From a bacterium (lineage in GTDB: Bacteria; CLD3; SB21): DNA of 64,000 nucleotides. The position numbers and the translations under genes are program-made. The stretch spans positions 1 to 64,000 of the forward strand of contig JABWCP010000014.1 of the NCBI GenBank assembly GCA_013360215.1, in the 5' to 3' direction. The number at the start of each line of letters is the position of its first letter. Position 1 is the stretch's first letter. Shown here one piece after another: positions 50,949 to 58,900 of the stretch. The notes under the pieces are model-generated. The model searched no databases and was not told the DNA's origin. It saw only the letters and a list, made by a program, of their open reading frames with translations.

Positions 50949-52294
50949 TCTATTATTTCTTGATTTATTTGTTTGATTATTGAATCAATAATTTCCGCAT
51001 TTAATACTTCCGAACTAACGACTCTTCTAAGAATTGCTTTCAATCTTCTTGGTGAACAACTAGAGGCCTCGATTATTTTACATTTAAATGTGTCTAGGTT
51101 TAATCGTAATGCGTCCTGAATTAAACAAAAAAGCAACTCAATGCTTTCGTTCCATCCGTTATTACAGTTTATATATTGAAAAAAATCAGATGCTTTTGAC
51201 CAATTCTTAATTAAGATAGATGGATCTGCAATGGTAGATATTACAAACTTTAAACTATTATCTGTTTTTTTATTACCATAGTAGTTTACTAAACTTGTTA
51301 GATCATCTGATATTTTCCTAACAAGAGTTATATCAATTAACGGTAACTCATCTATTACTATTACTTTTCGTTCTCTGTTTACTTCGGCCAGAAGCTGAAC
51401 TATCTGTTTTATCACGTTCTGTTCCAATTGATTTCGTTCTTTGGAATACTTGTCTTCAATTCTACAAAGAACTTCTTCTAAAACGTCGTTTGACGTTCTG
51501 ATATTTACAGGGCTAAGGTCGCAGAAACAGTAATCAATATCTGAAATCAACAAATTTCGATTTATTAACGTTGTTTTCCCAACTCCCGATTTTCCGAAAA
51601 CCCATATATTATTTATGCTCAGAAATTTTATAAATTCGTCGTCTATTTTCCTTTTTAAATAAAAAGGTTCGCTTTTTTGGGAATAGCTATTAAATAGGAT
51701 CGTTTCCGAATCAGGTTTTGATCTTCTTTTTAAGATGTAAGTATCCGATTCCTTTGTTTGTGTAGCACCACAAATAGTTTGATGCATTTCCTGAATTCTA
51801 AGTGAATCTTCTATCCTGAAAACTGTATTATAAAGATCCTTCTCTTTAAGTAGATTGATTAGTTCATTTCCATTTATCAGTTTAATGAATTCATCTGTTT
51901 TACTATGCTCAACAATTTTCTCACTCTTCCACTTCTCCCACCAACGCGCTTGATCAATATCTAAAACCGATGGAATACATAAAATCCAACTTTTAAGTTC
52001 GAAATTATCGGATTCTCTCGCGGTATCGAATGACTTTCTGATTTGTTGTTTTTGACTATCGGAAAAACTTTCCAAGAAAAACTTACATTGAACTACTGTT
52101 ATTGGTTCTATTCCTATTTTCCCAATAAAAACATCAATCCCTCCATCTCCATGTTTTACTTCAACCTGACTTACGACCTGATTGGAATACATTTTTCTAA
52201 ATAAGTTCTCACAAGCAATTTCAAATGCTTTCCTTGCGCCCTCAATATTCCCATGTAGCGCTTTAAAGTCACTCCAATCTCTATTCATTTTCAT
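50945..52294 (-). CDS. Restriction-endonuclease-fold (Mrr-like) domain fused to a P-loop ATPase; candidate defence effector
   Basis: FE...GDGGID...VQCK nuclease motif; YLKRKID, GKSGVGKT, VIDE; ATGA overlap with the downstream gene. Confidence 0.8.
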   Translation of the reverse strand: MKMNRDWSDFKALHGNIEGARKAFEIACENLFRKMYSNQVVSQVEVKHGDGGIDVFIGKIGIEPITVVQCKFFLESFSDSQKQQIRKSFDTARESDNFELKSWILCIPSVLDIDQARWWEKWKSEKIVEHSKTDEFIKLINGNELINLLKEKDLYNTVFRIEDSLRIQEMHQTICGATQTKESDTYILKRRSKPDSETILFNSYSQKSEPFYLKRKIDDEFIKFLSINNIWVFGKSGVGKTTLINRNLLISDIDYCFCDLSPVNIRTSNDVLEEVLCRIEDKYSKERNQLEQNVIKQIVQLLAEVNRERKVIVIDELPLIDITLVRKISDDLTSLVNYYGNKKTDNSLKFVISTIADPSILIKNWSKASDFFQYINCNNGWNESIELLFCLIQDALRLNLDTFKCKIIEASSCSPRRLKAILRRVVSSEVLNAEIIDSIIKQINQEIIE

Positions 52295-52455
52295 TTACCC
52301 AAAATGTCGTTAAAAGATGATGATTCTAAGGTTGGTTTAGAAATGCACAATAGCATAATGTATATACTATTTCAGTAGTCATAATATAATTAAATTTATC
52401 AATCCCAAACAGGAATCAATAATAATTATACATAATTTCCATATGTAAGATATAA

Positions 52456-52485
52456 AAAAAGCCGTTTCATATTGAAGCGGCTTTT
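52456..52485 (-). terminator. Terminator downstream of tmRNA
   Basis: AAAAAGCCGTTTCA-TAT-TGAAGCGGCTTTT. Confidence 0.7.
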
Positions 52486-52493
52486 AGAATTCG

Positions 52494-52854
52494 TGGAGAC
52501 GACGGGAATTGAACCCGTGTCCGAATATAAGTTCCTAAGGGCATCTACATGCGTAGGACTGTTTTGGTTTTTAACCGGCTCATAAAAAACGTCCAAAAAG
52601 CAAACCGGCGAGCTCGATAGTATTTCGCGTCAGACCTCCGAGCATTGGCCCTTCGCTAGTCGATCAAAAATGACATCTCAGCTAACTCCGATCAACGGGA
52701 GATGGCCGAAACGGACTGCAGGAAATTAATCCTTAGGCAGCCAACGCGTATGCGTTATTGTTGAGTATTGGTTTCCGCTTATTTTACGCGCACACAGAAA
52801 AAGCGCGGCATGCGACCCAAAGCACCCTATACCCGTCGAATCCAGTTCGTCCCC
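52494..52854 (-). ncRNA. ssrA: tmRNA
   Basis: 5' GGGGACGAACTGGATTCGACGGG, 3' GGACACGGGTTCAATTCCCGTCGTCTCCA; tag frame ending AYALAA* (stop 52733-52735); 361 nt. Confidence 0.96.
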
Positions 52855-53009
52855 ATATTGCAAAAGAACATTGGTATCTGTGAGATACATTCCTAGAACG
52901 TCGCATGGTCGTAAAAAATTCCGTAATTGTCAACACCAAGGAACATCCTTGTATATAAATGCCGCATGTTTTAATTTACCACGTCCAACCATCTGCGAGG
53001 TTTTCATAT

Positions 53010-53999
53010 ATGCCGGCGAATTTATCCACTTCGTACATGGGTTTTACGTTAAAAAACCCGATTGTTCCTTCGGCTTCTCCGCTATCTAAACATTTAGACA
53101 ATATCAGGAAAATGGAAGATGCGGGGGCTGCGGCTGTTGTACTATTTTCGTTGTTTGAAGAGCAGATTTATCACGATGCGATGGAGTTAGTACAAGAAGC
53201 CTCCAAAATAAGTGAGGACTTCCGAAACTCCTTTGATTACTTACGCGAACTCAATCAGTCGCATTATAATCCTGATGCTTATCTTGAGCATATCCGCAAA
53301 GCCAAAGAAGTTGTTAAAATTCCTATCATTGCCAGCCTCAACGGATCTTCGGATAACGGTTGGTTACAATACGCCAAATCCATTGAAGCGGCAGGCGCTG
53401 ACGGGCTGGAGCTGAATCTGTATCACATCGCCGCAGATCCTAAAAAAAATTCTGCGCAAATTGAAGATCAATTCATACACGTCGTCCGTTCCGTCAAAAA
53501 TCTTAAGATCCCTGTTTCTGTCAAACTCAGCCCTCATATCACAGGGTTAGCTAACTTTGTTTCCCGGTTGGACGAAACGCGCGTGGACGGTGTTGTTCTT
53601 TTTAATCGCTTTTATCAACCCGATTTTAATCTTAACTCGCTCAAAGTTGTTCCTAATATCAATCTTAGTGACTCAACCGATTTACGGCTTGCTTTGCGCT
53701 GGACAGCGATCCTGTATGGTCAGGTGCATGCCCCGATTGCAGCGACAAGCGGCATACATTCCCACGAAGATGCGATCAAAATGATTATGGCCGGCGCTTC
53801 GGTAACGATGGTGTGTTCCGCCTTACTCAAAAACGGCATCTCTCACATTACGGAATTACTGCGTGATATAGAGCTTTGGATGGATATTCACGAGTGCCAA
53901 TCATTGAGCCATATCCGCGGCAGCATGAGTCAAAAATCCAAAGACGACCCATCGGCCATGGAACGTGCGCAATACATCAAAGCATTAGCTCAGTATTAG
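53010..53999 (+). CDS. Dihydroorotate dehydrogenase-like flavoprotein
   Basis: LKNPIVPSASPL, SLFEEQI, IIASLNG, ELN, VKLSP, LFNRFYQPD; ATG 53010. Confidence 0.9.
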   Translation: MPANLSTSYMGFTLKNPIVPSASPLSKHLDNIRKMEDAGAAAVVLFSLFEEQIYHDAMELVQEASKISEDFRNSFDYLRELNQSHYNPDAYLEHIRKAKEVVKIPIIASLNGSSDNGWLQYAKSIEAAGADGLELNLYHIAADPKKNSAQIEDQFIHVVRSVKNLKIPVSVKLSPHITGLANFVSRLDETRVDGVVLFNRFYQPDFNLNSLKVVPNINLSDSTDLRLALRWTAILYGQVHAPIAATSGIHSHEDAIKMIMAGASVTMVCSALLKNGISHITELLRDIELWMDIHECQSLSHIRGSMSQKSKDDPSAMERAQYIKALAQY

Positions 54000-54335
54000 C
54001 GACCTACATCATTGATTTACTTTACATCGTAGTCGGCGCCATACGTCTGGAGTTGATCATCGCTAGTCAATCTTTGTTTTATGATGGCGCCAGTAATTTG
54101 TTTTCTGTCAATCCATGGGCACACTATACATGCGGCGTTCACCATATTCACCGGTTCAGACTCCATACATAGACGATATCTGAGTTGTCAAAAAAAATAC
54201 AAGTTTATCTGTGATATCATAATTCCAACATCTTCACGTTCATTCATACTCGATGAATGAATGCTTTTTACTGAGAGCTAATATGTTATTACAAAAGCCT
54301 CAAACTGATCCGAGTTCACATTGTTACCACACATG

Positions 54336-55595
54336 CTATTGTTTTACGTTTCCATTCAAATCCAACTTCAAAAGATAAATATCGGTCGAATTGGAGTCCG
54401 TAAAAGTATATCCCGCACTGTAGATGGAATTTCTTATCACTTCCACCCCCATACCTTCATCATCCAACGCATCTCCATAATGTTTACTCCAAACCGCAGA
54501 ACCCTGCGCTGTAAATCGCGCTACCCACATTTGATATCTCGGCCCGACAAAGCGATCATAAAAACGTCCGCTTACAATATAGTCACCGTTGCTCAATCGA
54601 GAGAGCGCATGCGGACGAAGAATAGGGAAAGCATCTTCACGAAACTGTTCTCTGTATTTAGTTTGCATTATTATATTACCATCTAAGTCCACCCGGACAA
54701 ACCAAAAATCCGTGTGACCGTAATGAGGGAACGACAATAATGAACTCGCTGCTATTACAATATGCCCGGAGCTTTCAAAAGCCAAAGCTCGAGCCACATC
54801 ACGATTTGGAATAAGCCCTGTAGCAGAATCAATCAAACTATGGTATGTTTTTAACCATGTGGTTTGACCAAGATTGTTCATTTTGATCAAAAACGCATCA
54901 CTATAGCTACTATAAGGGGTATTCTGTATCGTCTGTCCACCAATGAAAATATCGTCGGCTGGTGTGATAAGAATATCTTTGGGTTCTATAGGAATGTCAG
55001 AAGTCACCGATTCTTGCCAAATTAATTTCCCATCGTCGCTGATTCTAAATACCAAAACATGGCCATCTTCCTGCAAAACCGTTTTCTCGTATGCAACGCC
55101 TGTAACCGATTCATCCGTACCCATATCCAGAGCAACACCATATGTACTGCTAGGACCTTCGACTTCGTATGTCCAAACAAGATTTCCGTCGGGCGACAAC
55201 TTTCCTACGACCGCATTCGTATCAGCGCTGGATCTACAGATGGTTCCAATGATATAAATATAACCTTCCTCGTCAACAACAGCGTCTGTCAATTCATCAA
55301 AATAATTCCCGCCCAAGGTTTTTGCCCATACGCTTTTCATGTTTTTATTGAAAAGTACGAGATATAAATCATATTGCCCTCTCAGGCTATTGGTGCGCCC
55401 CCCGATAAAGATTCCTCCCTCCGGCGTGGCGGCTACGACGCTGGCTTGTTCGGCACCTACAAGACCAAACGTACTGGCAAATTCACCGGAATTATTAACC
55501 GTAGAAACTGACTCGCACGAAACGGTTAAGAAGATTAAAAATAAATAGAGAAAATAAAAATCATCACATTGCATAGATAGAAGAGATTTGAACAT
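54336..55595 (-). CDS. Lipoprotein with beta-propeller repeats
   Basis: TVSC lipobox; repeated D.(Y/W)(L/F).K...G...W.K..G motifs. Confidence 0.75.
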   Translation of the reverse strand: MFKSLLSMQCDDFYFLYLFLIFLTVSCESVSTVNNSGEFASTFGLVGAEQASVVAATPEGGIFIGGRTNSLRGQYDLYLVLFNKNMKSVWAKTLGGNYFDELTDAVVDEEGYIYIIGTICRSSADTNAVVGKLSPDGNLVWTYEVEGPSSTYGVALDMGTDESVTGVAYEKTVLQEDGHVLVFRISDDGKLIWQESVTSDIPIEPKDILITPADDIFIGGQTIQNTPYSSYSDAFLIKMNNLGQTTWLKTYHSLIDSATGLIPNRDVARALAFESSGHIVIAASSLLSFPHYGHTDFWFVRVDLDGNIIMQTKYREQFREDAFPILRPHALSRLSNGDYIVSGRFYDRFVGPRYQMWVARFTAQGSAVWSKHYGDALDDEGMGVEVIRNSIYSAGYTFTDSNSTDIYLLKLDLNGNVKQ

Positions 55596-55820
55596 AGACG
55601 TAGGATTTGATTAATAATAAAATGTTATTTATTACGTAATATAATATAATATTTTTAAATAGAATACAATTTCTTCATAATTACTTTTTATGTAAACAAG
55701 GAATCGAATCCCGCTGCAACAGGAAACTTAATGATTGAAACCCACTACAATAACGCACAGAATGTGTAACACACTAAGTTAACCATTCCATTATCATCAA
55801 AATAAATCACGCAAAAAAAT

Positions 55821-55851
55821 AAAAACCTGAGTCTGTACAACTCAGGTTTTT
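55821..55851 (-). terminator. Terminator downstream of tRNA-Lys
   Basis: AAAAACCTGAG-TCTGTACAA-CTCAGGTTTTT. Confidence 0.75.
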
Positions 55852-55852
55852 G

Positions 55853-55925
55853 TGCGTCCACAAGGAATCGAACCTTGAACCTAATGATTAAGAGTCATTT
55901 GCTCTGCCAATTGAGCTATGGACGC
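55853..55925 (-). tRNA. tRNA-Lys(CTT)
   Basis: GCGTCCATAGCTCAATTGGCAGAGCAAATGACTCTTAATCATTAGGTTCAAGGTTCGATTCCTTGTGGACGCA; cloverleaf, anticodon CTT, CCA not encoded. Confidence 0.96.
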
Positions 55926-55979
55926 GTTTAAAAAATCGGACGCAATATAGTCGCGACATACTAACGACGCAAGCTCTTT

Positions 55980-58900
55980 TTATTCATTTTTATCATTGAT
56001 CACGTCGTATATTAATTGACGAAATGCATCCACCTGAAACGGTTTGATGATATAACCTTTAAACCCATACGATTTGTGATCAGCCATGATCGGATCGTTG
56101 GAATAGCCGCTTGAGACGACGGCGCGAACGTTCGGATCAATTTCTAAAAGCTTTTTTATTGTTTCTTTTCCGCCCATACCTCCGGGAATCGTGAGATCCA
56201 TGATCACGACATCATACGGCACTCCGGCATCTCGTGCCGTCGTAAACGCGCGTATGGCATCTGTGCCATCAGTGACGGAATCCGTCTGGTAACCAAACTT
56301 ACGCAGAATACGTGTGGTTATTTCCCGGATGTCTTCTTCGTCATCCATGACAAGTATTTTTCCGCTGCCCATTCCAAGTTCCTTTTGCGGGGCCGATTGT
56401 TGTTGCACTTGTTTTTCCGAAGCCGGCAGATACACCGTAAAAACAGAACCGACGCCAAGTTGTGATTCGACGGATATTGCGCCCTGATGGTTCTTTACGA
56501 TGGAATAACAAGTAGCCAAACCCAAGCCGCTACCGCGTTGTTTGGTTGTAAAATACGGATCGAAAATTTTAGACAAATATTCCGACGCAATGCCGACACC
56601 TTGATCGGTAATTCCCATGCGAATATATTTTCCTGCCGCAAGATGCATGATCGCATTTTCATCTAAGTATACGTTTTCTGCTTTTATATGTATAACTCCG
56701 CCGTCCGGCATCGCATGAACAGCGTTAATCACCAGATTCTGAATCACTTGACTGATCTGTCCCTCATCGATTTCGGCAGGCCATAAATCATCCGGCATAT
56801 CATACTCACACAACACATTGGATCCGCGCATCATAAAGTCCGCCGCTTCACGAATCAATTCACTGATGGTCAGCGTTTTCCTGACCGGCGATCCGCCTTT
56901 GGCAAACGTGAGTAATTGTTGCGTCAGTTCTTTGGCGCGAAATCCGGCTTTTTCAGAGCGGGATAATATATCATCAATTTTATCATAGTGATGCTGCTGA
57001 TGTTCCATACGCGCCAGTGAAATATTACCCAATATCGCTGTCAAAATATTATTAAAGTCGTGCGCAATACCACCGGCAAGTAATCCGACCGATTCCAGTT
57101 TGATAGATTTCAGGCGTTCTTCTTCTATTTTTTGTTTCTCTGTGATATCACGAAACACAAGTACCACACCGATGATCGTACTTTCTTTGTCACGGATGGG
57201 CGCACCGCTGTCGGCTATCAATCGTTCTGTGCCATCACGAGCGATCAACGCCGTATTTTGTTCCAGCTCAAAAATGCCGCCGCTTTGAATGATCCGACGC
57301 ACCGGCTCCGCAATACGCACTTTGGTTTTGTAATTGATGATATGAAAAATATCCTCGATCGGTCTGTCTTGCGCTTCTTCTTGCGTCCATCCGGTCAATA
57401 CTTCGGCAACACGATTGATCAAAACGATCCGTCCTTGCACATCCGTCGTGATCACGCCGTCACCGATCGAACGCAGTGTCACAGATAACCGCTCTTTTTC
57501 GGCTTCGAGAGCGCGTTCGGTTTTTTTGCGATCCGTTATATCATAATATACACCCTGAATAGCCGGTGTGTCATTCCATAAAATTTCAGCTACCCGCACT
57601 TCTAAATCACGAATGCGACCGTCTTTGGTGATTACCTTTAGTTCATACAAATCCGATACGGGTAATCCTTGACGTCGCCGTTCCATTCGCTCTTCGATCA
57701 TAGGCTTATTCTCGGGTGCGATAATCTTGTATATCGAGAAATCCGGTTGTGATACGTCATGCGCTGTATAACCGAACAGTTTTTCCCACGCCGGATTGAC
57801 AATTACGATTTTTTCGTTTTGCAAAACATACACCGGATTCAACGCTTGCTCGACCAATGTTTTATACTGAAGATCGCGTTGGCGAAGTATACTTTCTGCC
57901 GTCCGTAATTCGGTGATATCAGAAATAAATCCCTCGATGTATAAAAGTTTACCATCCGCATACACACCGGAACCGACTTCCGATAACCACCGCCAACTTC
58001 CGTCGCGATGTTGGATACGATAAGTTAAACTAAACGAATGTTGATCCCGCACGGCGGTATGAACAATATGATTGATCATAGCCACATCATCAGGATGATA
58101 CATCGTGCTCAGGCTTATTCGCCTGTCATAAAAATCTTCCTTCGGATACCCCGTGATGTCCAAAATCGCTTCGCTGGTATAAATGAACGTAAAATCAGCA
58201 TCGTTTTCACACATGTACACGACCCCCGGAAGGTTTTCGGCAAGTAATCGGAATTTTTCTTCACTTTGCCTCAACACTTCTTCCGATTTTTTACGTTCCG
58301 TAATGTCACGCGAATTAACCACGATGCCGCCGACAACCGCATCATGCAATAGGTTATGGGCCGTCACTTCCAATGTGCGCCATGAATGATCTTTGTGTAA
58401 AAATCGAAAATGGACATTGACTATTTTTTGCCCTTGATGAATTCCGGTTTGGAAGGCTTCGCGAATTAAGGGACGGTCTTCCGGATGGGCAAAATCTAAC
58501 ACGTTCTTACCGATAAGGTCGTTAGGCGTAAACCCGGTTATTTTTTCTACGGAAGGACTTTCGTACAAGATCGTACCATCAGCTGAAATAATACTGATAA
58601 GATCCAACGCATTCTCAATCAACGCGCGATAGTATTTTTCACGACGTTCCACGGCTTCCCGGCTTCGCACACGTTCAGTCACATCGCGCGAAAAAATGGA
58701 AGCGCCGCGAATAATCCCGTCGTCCGTGCGGATCGGAAAAAAAGAAATTTCATAATCACGCGACTCGCCGCCCAGATCATAGTGATCCGATTCCATAAAT
58801 ACCTCGCCGCGAACGATGACGCGTTCATACCTTGCCTTCCATAAGGCCTTGAGATCGTCGGGTATACTGTCAATCACATTCATTCCGACTTCCAATCGAA

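Noticed and set aside
53876-54335. 98-aa ORF and small hairpins downstream of the DHOD-like gene
   Set aside because: Overlaps the real gene in another frame, has no motifs, and shows no convincing ncRNA structure.
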